Source: Alphaproteobacteria bacterium UBA3307 (lineage in GTDB: Bacteria > Pseudomonadota > Alphaproteobacteria > RF32 > CAG-239). From it: a stretch of 47,462 nucleotides of DNA. The notes beneath the pieces were generated by a model. The model ran no database searches. It saw only the letters and a program-made list of their open reading frames with translations, and was not told the origin of the DNA. Shown here one piece after another: positions 16,604 through 26,954 of this stretch. The translations under genes and the position numbers were made by a program. The stretch spans positions 1-47,462 of the forward strand of contig DEST01000099.1 of assembly GCA_002361365.1 (NCBI GenBank). The letters run 5' to 3'. Every line of letters starts with the position of its first letter. Position 1 is the first letter of the stretch.

Positions 16604-17881
16604 ATGAAACGATGGGGATTATATTTAAGTTTATGTGTATTGGTAATATCTGCAAATGCAAGTGCTAAGGTTATGCCTAAATTTGTGCCGCAAGAAACTA
16701 AATTATATGATTTTTCGGATGAGGTTATGAGCGCGGTTGAACATTGTTCTGAGTATAAAACCGAAATTCCGCTGGAAAATACTCCTTATGCGCATTTGGG
16801 TGATTTTGCCGGTAAAACAAAAATAAATTCAGAATTGCAAATATATGGTATAAAACACGGGTTTTGCAGAATTCGTGTTAGGATTAGTGCATTGGGAAAA
16901 GGAGAAACCAGATTTAATTGTCGTCTTGATGAAGCTCAGCGAGTGGCACTTTTGAACGCTATGAAAGATAAATCAACCGAAGAATATGTTATTACGTTAC
17001 CGACACCAAGTGAACAAGATTGCAGCGGTTGTAATGAGGCTGTGAGTTTTTCCGGCAATTTGTTTGATACAACTTTGGCAATATTAAAAGACCATTCTTG
17101 TGTCGAGCGGCATATTCAGCCGACAAAAGATGAAATTAAGGCAGCACGAGATGAAGGTAATAAACTATCTGACGAATTTGTTACAGCTCTGAAAAGTTGC
17201 AAACCGGCGACGGAAACTCGTAAAACATCTACACTTGAAGATGAAATACAAGTTATCGGCACAGCAGAAGATGGAAAAATGTGTCGGATTAAATATTTCG
17301 GTTTTGAAATGCCGGTGAATAAGCGATTGTTACAAAATATAGATGACCACGATGATATGAAATGGTTGTTGCTTACCAATTTAGATAAGGCTCAGTATCG
17401 CTATGAAAATAAATATGACAGTACCGGAATGTTGTTTGCTTTGGCAGAATGTCAAAATGAAAACGGTTCGTATTCCGCAGACGAAAATATTGTTCAGCGT
17501 GGAAGTATGCAGGCCAGAACCGGGTTGAAGGCAAAACATCAAAATAATGTTTGTCTGATTGAACTGAAAAATACTGTGTCTGTTGCTGATATTTATTTTC
17601 GAGATTATAGTATACTTTGTTCGGTCAGCGATGCATATCGCCCGCGACTTGTCGGTTCGTATTTACATTTGATTGACGAGATGGAAGCAGAGCGTATTGT
17701 TGATGAAAAAGGTGTTACGCATATTATTGAAACACATTCTACACCGGAAACTTTAGAAGCAGACGCAACTTTGTTCAAAAGAATCAAAGACCGGGGGTTG
17801 TGCTCCTTAAAACCACCATCAGACCCTATTAAACTTGAAGTAGACCGCTTTTTATATCGTGATGCTCCTGTCAGCAAGTAG
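16604..17881 (+). CDS. Secreted hypothetical protein, paralog of the upstream gene
   Basis: Signal peptide ending ASA; shared motifs SAVEHC, FV..L..CKP and G.LFALA.C. Confidence 0.8.
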   Translation: MKRWGLYLSLCVLVISANASAKVMPKFVPQETKLYDFSDEVMSAVEHCSEYKTEIPLENTPYAHLGDFAGKTKINSELQIYGIKHGFCRIRVRISALGKGETRFNCRLDEAQRVALLNAMKDKSTEEYVITLPTPSEQDCSGCNEAVSFSGNLFDTTLAILKDHSCVERHIQPTKDEIKAARDEGNKLSDEFVTALKSCKPATETRKTSTLEDEIQVIGTAEDGKMCRIKYFGFEMPVNKRLLQNIDDHDDMKWLLLTNLDKAQYRYENKYDSTGMLFALAECQNENGSYSADENIVQRGSMQARTGLKAKHQNNVCLIELKNTVSVADIYFRDYSILCSVSDAYRPRLVGSYLHLIDEMEAERIVDEKGVTHIIETHSTPETLEADATLFKRIKDRGLCSLKPPSDPIKLEVDRFLYRDAPVSK

Positions 17882-17930
17882 ATTGTGCGGATATATCGGT
17901 AAATAAGTTGATTTTATGCTCAAAGATGTA

Positions 17931-19280
17931 CTATTCATCATCTTTGTCTTGTTTGATACGTTGTTCTAAGTCGGATATTTTTAATAACAAAGATTTATCC
18001 GCACCGGCCTTACGAGCGTTGTTCAGTTGTCGCTTGGCTGTTTCCGGATTATCTTCAGAATAGCTGTATTCTGCTGCCGCATAATAAGATGCGGCAGGTT
18101 GTTTGTTCATATCATAAGCTCGAGCCAATAATTGCCATCCGAAAGGGGTGTTGACTTGATGTAATGATTTTTGCAATAAGCCGATAGCGTATTGCAATGT
18201 TTCTTTGTTAGGAGAGCTCTCCAATAAAGCATGTGCTAAACTGGTTTGTAATAAGTAATTGTTCGGCAAAAGTTGCAAGGCGCGTTTATAAGATTCAAGA
18301 CTCTTTTTGACTTGACCTCCTTCAAATAAAAATTGTCCTTTTAGCTCATAAAAATACGGATTTGTCGGCTGTTTCAGCAACAGAGAGTCAATCAGACTCA
18401 GCGCACGTGTAATGTTTCCGAAGCGGAATGCCAAAATAGCGTTGGCGTACTGAGCAGGTGCAGAACTATCAGTTGGCGGATACATTCTGGCAACCTTATC
18501 TTTTTCCAGCAAAAATGCCGCCAATTTTGCCTTAATCATTAAAAATTCGGAATCTGATTTATGAGCTGTGCCAAAATTATTACTTTTTGTTGCTTCTTTG
18601 AAATGCGCCATACGTTCGGTTGTTAGCGGGTGAGTGCGAAAATAGGCATTTTCTTCCAAACCGCTTAAAATGTTTTTCTGTTTGATTTTATTCATAAAAT
18701 TAAGCAATCCTTGAGGAGATTGCTGCGTTTGCCGCAATAACTTTACGGCACTTTCATCGGCACTGCGTTCTTCTTGTACCTGATAATGCATCAAACTATT
18801 AAGAGCCGAACTTTGTGAGCCTAAAACAACAGCCATTGCCGCATCTCCGCGACCGGTAGAGACAGCAGCCGCTCCTGCTGCTATCATAGAGCCGAGCATC
18901 ATATAGCGCATTTTCTGAATTTTTATTTTTTGCCGGACAATATGTCCGCCCAAAATATGTCCGGTTTCGTGAGCCAAAATTCCGGAAAGTTCATTTGTAT
19001 TTTTTGCCTCAATCAAAGTTCCGGTATGTACAAACATATTATTTCCGTCACTGACAAAGGCATTGAGTGAATTATCACGCACAATATAGATTTTGTTAGG
19101 GTCAAAAGCTAAGTTTGCCGCTTTAAATAGAGGCCTTAGCACATCAGCCAGATAATTTTGGGTTTCTGCATCAGAAATAAGCGTAAAACCTTCAGCAACG
19201 GCCGGTCGGCAAAAACATCCGGTCGATAACCAAAGTAATAAGATTGTAAATATGCTCAGCCGAGCAATCTTTGCCACCAA
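17931..19280 (-). CDS. M48 family zinc metalloprotease with TPRs (BepA/YfgC-like)
   Basis: NAF, LAHETGH (HExxH), ERSAD, FRTHP, TPR C-terminus, signal peptide. Confidence 0.9.
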   Translation of the reverse strand: MVAKIARLSIFTILLLWLSTGCFCRPAVAEGFTLISDAETQNYLADVLRPLFKAANLAFDPNKIYIVRDNSLNAFVSDGNNMFVHTGTLIEAKNTNELSGILAHETGHILGGHIVRQKIKIQKMRYMMLGSMIAAGAAAVSTGRGDAAMAVVLGSQSSALNSLMHYQVQEERSADESAVKLLRQTQQSPQGLLNFMNKIKQKNILSGLEENAYFRTHPLTTERMAHFKEATKSNNFGTAHKSDSEFLMIKAKLAAFLLEKDKVARMYPPTDSSAPAQYANAILAFRFGNITRALSLIDSLLLKQPTNPYFYELKGQFLFEGGQVKKSLESYKRALQLLPNNYLLQTSLAHALLESSPNKETLQYAIGLLQKSLHQVNTPFGWQLLARAYDMNKQPAASYYAAAEYSYSEDNPETAKRQLNNARKAGADKSLLLKISDLEQRIKQDKDDE

Positions 19281-21649
19281 GATTTTTTCTCCGATTTCGG
19301 CTCCTCAGAAGTCGCAGATGCTGTTCTTTCCGGACTGTTATCAGCCAAATTACCGCGACGCATTTTGCGTCCCCGATTGTTACGTCTGAAACGAAAGCGG
19401 CGGTCGGTATTTTCAGTCTCAATAGATTCTTCTGCCGTATTTTCAGTTTCTTCATATTCGGCGTTTTCCTCTTCATAGCAAGTTGCCGCAACTTCTTTTG
19501 GTGTAGACACTGCTGTCGGTAATTTTTCACGAGCAATCTTAAAGTCAGAAACATCTTTCATAGATATATCTCCTGCAATTATGATTTGCAAGGCATAAGT
19601 ATCTTCCAAAGCAGATAATTGTTTGCGTTTATGATTGAGTAAATACGTTGCATAATCAACCGGCATACTGACTGTAAGCTTGATTCCGGAAGTACGCACG
19701 CCCTCGCTTTCTATTGAGCGTAAAATCAGTGTTGCACCGGACTCAATAGTACGCATCACACCCCGACCGTGACAATACGGACAAGGCTCGTAATTGCTTT
19801 CCATAAATGAAGAGTGCATTCTCTGACGCGATATTTCCAATAAGCCGAAAATGCTCATTTTGGCAATTTGAACACGAGCTCGGTCGTCTTTCATAGCTTC
19901 TTTCATTCGGCGCTCAACGGCAACGTTATTTTGCTGCTCATACATATCGATGAAATCGACTACAATCAGACCGGCTAAATCACGCATTTTTAGCTGTTTA
20001 GCAATTTCATCTGCGGCTTCAAGATTAGTTTTGAGTGCGGTTTCTTCAATATCTTTTTCTTTGGTGGCTCTGCCGGAGTTTACATCTATTGAAACCAGAG
20101 CTTCTGTCGGGTTAATTACCAAATACCCGCCGGATTCCAACTGAACAATCGGATTGTGGAGTTTATCGAGTTGCGCTTCAACTTGAAAACGCTGAAAAAC
20201 CGGAACATCTCCTGCTTTGCGATTGCGAATATGTTTTAAATTATGCGGTGAAAGGATTTTTACAAAGTTGCGCGCTGTTTGATACGCTTCATCACCATCA
20301 ATAATCACTTCGGCAATATCTTTAGTATACATATCTCGCAAGGCTCGTTTGATGAGATTACCTTCCTCGTAAACCATTGTCGGAGCCGGTGTGCGTAAAG
20401 CACCATAACGAATTGCATTCCAAGTGCGAATTAAATAGTTGTAATCACGAATAATATCTGCTTCTGTTTTATCTTCTCCGGCAGTACGGATAATTAGTGA
20501 CATATCAGCATTGAGCGGCAGATTCTTCATAACAGATTTTAAGCGTTTGCGGTCAGTTGCATTGGTAATTTTGCGTGAAACTCCGCCACTTTTGATACGG
20601 TTAGGCATTAAAACGCAATATCTTCCGGCAAGAGAAATATACGTAGTACAGGCAGCGCCTTTGTTTCCTCGTTCTTCTTTGACGATTTGTACCAACAAAA
20701 TCTGCCCTTCTTTAATAACGTCCTGAATGGCACAGCGGTGAAACAATTTGCGTGCTTTTAAGAGTTTACGTTGCAAATCAAAGTTATACTCATTAAGATT
20801 GCCATCGTCGGTATCAATATCGTCATCTGCATCTAAATCATCATCAATTTCATCTTCAAGCATTTCGCTTTGTAACCCGGCGGCTTCGGCAATTGTTTGC
20901 GGAGATTTTTTGCGGTCGCGCGGGCGACGAGTGGCCTTACGTCGGCGCTGGTGCTTAGTTTCTGCTTGGTCGGTTATTTCTGATTTTTCTTCAGAATGCA
21001 GTTGGCTTTCTTCTTGTAGACTTTCTTTAGATGTTTCAATTTCGGAAGTGGCTGATGCAATCAAATTATTATCTGATTGCGGCAAAATATCTTGTCTGAT
21101 ATTTTGAGGTGAGGTCGGTATAATATTTTCTGGCGATTCGTTTGCCTCAATTTGAGCATCTGTGTTTTGCACTTGCAGATAATCATCATTTTCCGGCAGA
21201 GCATTTTGCGCCGGTTCCATTTGCGATTCTTCAATTTCGTGAGCTTGCTGAGCTTCCAAACGGCGTTGTGCTTCTTTGGCTTCTTTTTCTGCCTTATAGC
21301 GAGCTTTTTCCGCTTCTCGTTCTTTCAGATAGCGTATTTTACCATTGATAATTTCATCAACCTCGGCCTCAACTTCTTGCATCAGTTCATCCGGCACATT
21401 ATAATAATCCGGATGAATTTCATTAAAAGCCAAAAAACCGTGGCGATTACCGCCATAATCTATAAAAGCGGCTTGCAATGACGGTTCAATGCGAATAACT
21501 TTTGCTGTGTAGATATTGCCTTTGATTTGTTTGCGTGAAGACGATTCGAATTCCACATCTTCCACCTTATTTCCATCGACAATCACAACACGCGTTTCTT
21601 CCGGTTGTGTATCATCAATCAACATTCTTTTTGTCATCATATTCCCCAT
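19256..21649 (-). CDS. rne: Ribonuclease E/G
   Basis: KRMLID, IKGNIY, EPSLQAAF, KEERGNKGA, IDVNSG, IVVDFIDM, CPYCHG zinc link. Confidence 0.95.
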   Translation of the reverse strand: MGNMMTKRMLIDDTQPEETRVVIVDGNKVEDVEFESSSRKQIKGNIYTAKVIRIEPSLQAAFIDYGGNRHGFLAFNEIHPDYYNVPDELMQEVEAEVDEIINGKIRYLKEREAEKARYKAEKEAKEAQRRLEAQQAHEIEESQMEPAQNALPENDDYLQVQNTDAQIEANESPENIIPTSPQNIRQDILPQSDNNLIASATSEIETSKESLQEESQLHSEEKSEITDQAETKHQRRRKATRRPRDRKKSPQTIAEAAGLQSEMLEDEIDDDLDADDDIDTDDGNLNEYNFDLQRKLLKARKLFHRCAIQDVIKEGQILLVQIVKEERGNKGAACTTYISLAGRYCVLMPNRIKSGGVSRKITNATDRKRLKSVMKNLPLNADMSLIIRTAGEDKTEADIIRDYNYLIRTWNAIRYGALRTPAPTMVYEEGNLIKRALRDMYTKDIAEVIIDGDEAYQTARNFVKILSPHNLKHIRNRKAGDVPVFQRFQVEAQLDKLHNPIVQLESGGYLVINPTEALVSIDVNSGRATKEKDIEETALKTNLEAADEIAKQLKMRDLAGLIVVDFIDMYEQQNNVAVERRMKEAMKDDRARVQIAKMSIFGLLEISRQRMHSSFMESNYEPCPYCHGRGVMRTIESGATLILRSIESEGVRTSGIKLTVSMPVDYATYLLNHKRKQLSALEDTYALQIIIAGDISMKDVSDFKIAREKLPTAVSTPKEVAATCYEEENAEYEETENTAEESIETENTDRRFRFRRNNRGRKMRRGNLADNSPERTASATSEEPKSEKKSWWQRLLG

Positions 21650-22065
21650 ATCTAAGCTTGTTTATACAAGCAATAATCACGGGTTTACTGATTAAAATAT
21701 ATAGGTCAAACAGCACAAAAACTGCGGCTAAAACCGCTGTGCAACAGATAAATATATTTTACCTCGGCCGTTTTTGCATTTATTCTTCTTGGTTATTAGA
21801 AAAACGGCGAAGGGTGTAATCTTAAACCCAAACTTTTTATATCGTCTGCAGCGGAATTGTTTTTTTCTTTGTTATCTCATAGTCTTCAAATAAAAACAAA
21901 ACCTGACCGATAATCAATAGCAGAATAGATTAAAAATAAAAATAAACAACAAAAAATTACAAGATATGCAAAAAAATATAATATCTTTTAACTGATTGGT
22001 AACCTATAGAATTTATACTAAAATAAAAATATCGTAAACTCAATCAGTAAGAAAGATAAATTCAG

Positions 22066-23307
22066 ATGAGACTTTTATATCGTTTTATAACGGGAATGTT
22101 GTTTTTGTTTACAACTTTGTTTCTATTTGCTATGCAAGCAGAAGCAGGTACGCGCATCTATAATATGCGTTTAGGCAATCAGCCGGACGGCGCACGAGTT
22201 GTGTTTGATATGAACAACAAAGTCAACTATCGAATTTTTCCGTTGGATTCTCCGCGTAGAATTGTTATTGATTTGGATGATGCAAGTGTTGATAAATTGG
22301 CAACAAGAGTTTCTAATCAGGTTGTTTTAGGTGCCAGATTGGGTAAATTGGATGGCAATAATAAACGCGTGGTTATCGATTTGGCGCGTCCGGCAGTGGT
22401 GAAAAAATCTTTTATAATGGCACCACAAGAAGGAATGAGTTGGCGGCTGGTTATAGATTTGGCACTGACTTCGGCAGAAAATTTTAGTGCGCAGATAACT
22501 GATAAATATGCACAGACAGTACCTGAAAATGCGGCGCCGAAAATAACAAAATCGGAGGCAAAAGAGACTCCGGCAAAATCTGAACCTACAATTTTTGTTT
22601 CCAAATCAAATCGCAAGCGAATTATTGTTTTGGATCCCGGACACGGCGGTAAAGACCCCGGTGCAATCGGTTCATATGGCAAAACATATGAAAAAAATAT
22701 TACTTTGGCAATGGGAAAAGAATTGAAACAAACATTGCAAAAAAAAGGCTATGTGGTTTATTTAACTCGGGAAAATGATATTTTTATTCCGTTGCGCCAG
22801 CGTATCAAAATAGCACAGCAACGCAAGGCGGATTTATTTATGTCTATCCATGCCGACAGCGCACAAAATCATGGCGCAACCGGTTTGTCGGTCTATACAC
22901 TTTCGGATACGGCGTCTGACCAAGAGGCCGCAGCGCTGGCGGAAAGAGAAAATAAAGCTGATATTATCGGCGGTATTGATTTAGGCGGAAATACCAAGGA
23001 AGTTAATGATATTTTGATTTCTCTTTCTCAAACAGATACTCGCAATAAATCTTCCAAATACGCTACCTATTTGGTGCAAGAAATGTCTAAAAGCGTAAAA
23101 TTGGTACGTAATACCCATCGTTTTGCCGGATTTGCCGTGCTAAAAGCTCCTGATGTACCGGCAGCTTTATTGGAAATGGGATATTTATCAAATCGTACCG
23201 AAGAAGCTAATTTGAAAACTCCGGCATATCGGCGTAAACTTGCCGATGCGGTAGCACGTGCAATAGACAGGTATTTTAAAGACCCTGAAATAGCTTCTAA
23301 TTGGTAA
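22066..23307 (+). CDS. amiC: N-acetylmuramoyl-L-alanine amidase with AMIN domain
   Basis: LDPGHGGKDPGA, EK, FMSIHAD, FAVLKAPDVPAALLEMGYLSN. Confidence 0.92.
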   Translation: MRLLYRFITGMLFLFTTLFLFAMQAEAGTRIYNMRLGNQPDGARVVFDMNNKVNYRIFPLDSPRRIVIDLDDASVDKLATRVSNQVVLGARLGKLDGNNKRVVIDLARPAVVKKSFIMAPQEGMSWRLVIDLALTSAENFSAQITDKYAQTVPENAAPKITKSEAKETPAKSEPTIFVSKSNRKRIIVLDPGHGGKDPGAIGSYGKTYEKNITLAMGKELKQTLQKKGYVVYLTRENDIFIPLRQRIKIAQQRKADLFMSIHADSAQNHGATGLSVYTLSDTASDQEAAALAERENKADIIGGIDLGGNTKEVNDILISLSQTDTRNKSSKYATYLVQEMSKSVKLVRNTHRFAGFAVLKAPDVPAALLEMGYLSNRTEEANLKTPAYRRKLADAVARAIDRYFKDPEIASNW

Positions 23308-23390
23308 AGAGTGCACACTGCAGTAAATATGTGTTGCAATTTTATAAAATTATAATAAATTCGACTCAAATTTGAACGTTTATTTTATGT

Positions 23391-25829
23391 GTGAAGGTCT
23401 TAATGCTGAGATTTTTATCTTATATTGCCAGTTTGGGTCTGTTTTGTCTGATTGTTGTGATTGCAGTCGCAACTTATGCCGTAACTAAGATTAACATTAC
23501 GATTCCGGATTATCATCAGCTCGAAAATTACGAGCCGCCGGTCACTACGCGTTTGTTCGCCGGCGACGGACAGGTAATGATGGAATATGCGGCGGAAAAA
23601 CGCTTGTTTGTGCCAAATGAGATGATACCAGATTTGGTAAAAAATGCATTTATTGCCGCAGAGGATAAGCATTTTTATAAACATTCAGGTATAGATTATT
23701 TGGGAATTATTCGCGCAGTACTCGGTAATGTTCGCAAAATGGGTACGGGTAAGCGTCCGGCCGGTGCCTCAACCATTACACAACAGGTGGCAAAAAACTT
23801 TTTACTTAGCTCGGAACTATCGTACACACGCAAGCTTAAAGAGGCCATCTTGGCACGGCGTATAGATAAGGCGTATACCAAAGACCATATTTTGGAATTA
23901 TATTTGAATGAGATTTATTTGGGTAATAGAGCTTACGGAGTGGCAGCTGCCGCAATCAATTATTTCGGTAAAGCTCTTGATGAGTTGGAATTGCACGAAG
24001 TTGCTTATTTGGCGGCATTGCCTAAAGGACCGAATAATTATAACCCTAAAACAAAATACGATGCGGCTGTGGCGCGGCGTAATTGGGTAATTGACCGAAT
24101 GACGGAGGATGGATATGTAACGGCTCAAGCGGCGGCAGAAGCCAAGCAAAAGCCGTTGGAAACAGTGGAACGTAAAAGCGGATTTTTGAAAGGGACGGAA
24201 TATTATAGCGAAGAGGTGCGGCGTACCATCAGCCGTAATTTCGGAGATGAGGCGCTGTATCAGGGTGGTTTGATTGTACGGACAACGATTGACCCAAAAA
24301 TACAAGATATTGCCAATCGTGCGTTTCGTAAGGGGTTGATTGACTATGATTTGCGGCATGGTTGGCGTGGGGCAACAACACAAATTAAAATTGATGAAAA
24401 TTATAAGCAAAATTTGCAAAACGCTAAATTGCCGGCCGGTGCTGAGCCAACTTGGAAAAAGTCGGTGGTGATTAAGGTTATGTCCGATAAGGCAGAAATA
24501 GAAACGCTGGAAGGTGCGAAAGGTAACATTTTATTGGCAGATTCTAAATGGGCGCGGTTTAAAGCTAAAGGTAAAGATATGGGGCCGGTTCCGACTAAAA
24601 TGGAACAAATTTTGAAAAAAGGCGACGTTATTTATGCAGAAAAAAGTTCAGAGGATAAACAAGAAAAAAGCGTTCCGATATATAAGTTGCGGCAAGTGCC
24701 GATTGTGGAAGGCGGTATGGCGGTGATGGACCCGCATACGGGTAAGGTATTGGCGCTTGTGGGCGGATTTTCTTTTGAAAAATCACAATTCAATCGAGCA
24801 ACGCAAGCATATCGCCAGACCGGTTCAAGCTTTAAGCCGTTTGTATATTTGGCGGCATTGGAGCTCGGATATTCTCCGACAGATTTGATTTTGGATGCAC
24901 CGTTTGTGTTGGACCAAGGTGAGGGGATGCCAAAATGGAAACCGGTTAATTATTCTAAAAAGTTTTATGGGTTAATGACCTTGCGGCGCGGTGTTGAGCT
25001 TTCTAAAAATCTTATGACCGTACGTTTGGCTCAGGATATCGGAATGGATAAAGTTGTTGATATGGCGCGTCGTGTCGGAGTAAATGACAATTTGCCACCG
25101 TATTTATCTGCTTCATTGGGGGCTGCGGATACGCGTGTGATTAATATGGTTAGTGCTTACTGTGTGATTGTCAATGGCGGTAAAAAAGTTCCGCCGTATA
25201 TGATTGAAAGGATTCAAGACAGAAAAGGGCGTACAATTTACAGACACGAGCAAACGCCTTGTCCTCAATGTGTGGTAGATACATGGAATAATCAGCCGGA
25301 ACCTGATTTTGAAGCAGTGCGAGAACAGGTGGTTGACCCACTGTCGGCATATCAGATGACCTCAATTTTAGAAGGTGTGGCCATTCGCGGCACCGGTGCG
25401 CGCTTAAACGGTTTGCATCGCCATGTGGCCGGCAAAACAGGTACAACCAATGAAACTAAGGATGCGTGGTTTGTCGGATTTTCTCCGGATTTAGTTGCCG
25501 GTGTTTATGTTGGATTTGATGAACCGGAAAGTTTAGGTGTGGCCGAAACCGGTGCGCATGCGGCATTACCAATTTTTTATGATTTTATGGCAGAAGCGTT
25601 AAAAGATACGCCGGATACCAATTTTCGTATTCCGGAGGGTATCAAATTAGTGCGAGTTAATCCATACAGCGGGCGTCCGTCGGCACCGGGAGATACAGTG
25701 GCTATTACCGAAGCCTTAAAGCCTGATTTTGAATTTTATAATCGGCAGCGTGTTGTCGGTAACGGCGATTCGTCAGTGGCCGGACCGGAAACAGACAGCG
25801 GTAGTTTGCAATTAGGAGGAGAATACTGA
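23391..25829 (+). CDS. mrcA: Penicillin-binding protein 1A
   Basis: Transglycosylase EDKHFYKH, GASTITQQ, RKLKE; transpeptidase SSFK, SKN, KTG. Confidence 0.95.
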   Translation: MKVLMLRFLSYIASLGLFCLIVVIAVATYAVTKINITIPDYHQLENYEPPVTTRLFAGDGQVMMEYAAEKRLFVPNEMIPDLVKNAFIAAEDKHFYKHSGIDYLGIIRAVLGNVRKMGTGKRPAGASTITQQVAKNFLLSSELSYTRKLKEAILARRIDKAYTKDHILELYLNEIYLGNRAYGVAAAAINYFGKALDELELHEVAYLAALPKGPNNYNPKTKYDAAVARRNWVIDRMTEDGYVTAQAAAEAKQKPLETVERKSGFLKGTEYYSEEVRRTISRNFGDEALYQGGLIVRTTIDPKIQDIANRAFRKGLIDYDLRHGWRGATTQIKIDENYKQNLQNAKLPAGAEPTWKKSVVIKVMSDKAEIETLEGAKGNILLADSKWARFKAKGKDMGPVPTKMEQILKKGDVIYAEKSSEDKQEKSVPIYKLRQVPIVEGGMAVMDPHTGKVLALVGGFSFEKSQFNRATQAYRQTGSSFKPFVYLAALELGYSPTDLILDAPFVLDQGEGMPKWKPVNYSKKFYGLMTLRRGVELSKNLMTVRLAQDIGMDKVVDMARRVGVNDNLPPYLSASLGAADTRVINMVSAYCVIVNGGKKVPPYMIERIQDRKGRTIYRHEQTPCPQCVVDTWNNQPEPDFEAVREQVVDPLSAYQMTSILEGVAIRGTGARLNGLHRHVAGKTGTTNETKDAWFVGFSPDLVAGVYVGFDEPESLGVAETGAHAALPIFYDFMAEALKDTPDTNFRIPEGIKLVRVNPYSGRPSAPGDTVAITEALKPDFEFYNRQRVVGNGDSSVAGPETDSGSLQLGGEY

Positions 25830-26942
25830 TGCGGGCAGAATTTTACAATATCGTGACCGAAGTCGAGCAGTCACTTGGATTGCTCAGGAGGTATCTTTGA
25901 CTATGATAACGCTGTATTACGGCGAGAGGAACTGAATGCTTTAACGGCAGACGCGTCTTTGTGGGATAATCCGGAAAAGGCGCAAAAGTTAATGAGCGAA
26001 AAAAATACGCTTGAAGCAAAACTCGGTGCGTATGAGAACTATGCCCGAACATTGAGTGATTATCAAGAAATGATTGAATTTGCCGAAGCAGAAAATGATG
26101 AAGCGATGCTAGCGGAATTGTTGCAGAATTTAACGCAGTTGCAGCAACAGGTAAAACATGCCGAATTAGAATCTCTTTTATCCGGCGAGGCTGATGCTAA
26201 TGATGCCTATTTGGAAGTGCATGCGGGTAGTGGCGGAACCGAGGCGATGGATTGGGCACAAATGTTACTCAGAATGTATACGCGTTGGGCAGAAACACAT
26301 AATTATAAAACCGAATATATAGAAGAAACAGAGGGTGATGTTGCAGGTCTAAAATCGGCAACAATAAAAATTTGCGGTAAGAATGCCTACGGTTGGTTAA
26401 AGTCAGAGACCGGAGTACATCGTTTGGTGCGGATATCACCGTTTGACAGCGCAGCACGGCGGCATACAAGTTTTGCTTCTATCGGTGTTTATCCGGTGAT
26501 TGACGATGATGTGCAAATAGAAATCAATCCGGCTGATTGCAGAATTGATACTTATCGTGCGTCGGGTGCCGGCGGACAGCATATTAACAAAACGGATTCC
26601 GCCGTCAGAATCACGCATATTCCGACAGGAATTGTGGTTTCCAGCCAGACGCAGCGTTCGCAATTTCAAAATCGTGATAATTGCTGGAAAATGTTGCGTG
26701 CACGGTTGTATGAAATAGAAATGCAAAAAAAAGCCGATGCAGCGCAAGTCGCGCGTGATAATCAGGGAGATAACGGATGGGGATACCAAATCCGCTCCTA
26801 TGTGTTACAGCCGTATCGTCTGATTAAGGATTTACGCACCAATGCCGAAACAGCTGATTGCAAAGCGGTACTGGATGGAGATATTGATTTGTTTCTATCA
26901 GCCGCTTTGGCTCAAAAAATCAAGGGTGAAGAAGTGGCTTAG
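25829..26942 (+). CDS. prfB: Peptide chain release factor 2, translated via a programmed +1 frameshift
   Basis: ATG 25829 gives MRAEFYNIVTEVEQSLGLLRRYL, then CTT-TGA-C; the downstream frame has SPF and GGQ. Confidence 0.96.
25886..25901 (+). promoter_or_regulatory. prfB +1 frameshift site
   Basis: AGGAGG-TAT-CTT-TGA-C: internal SD plus slippery codon and stop. Confidence 0.95.
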
Positions 26943-26954
26943 CGGAGCGGAAAA

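Noticed and set aside
25875-25900. ORF-track start of RF2 (MDCSGGIF)
   Set aside because: Artefact of the +1 frameshift; the real start is 25829.
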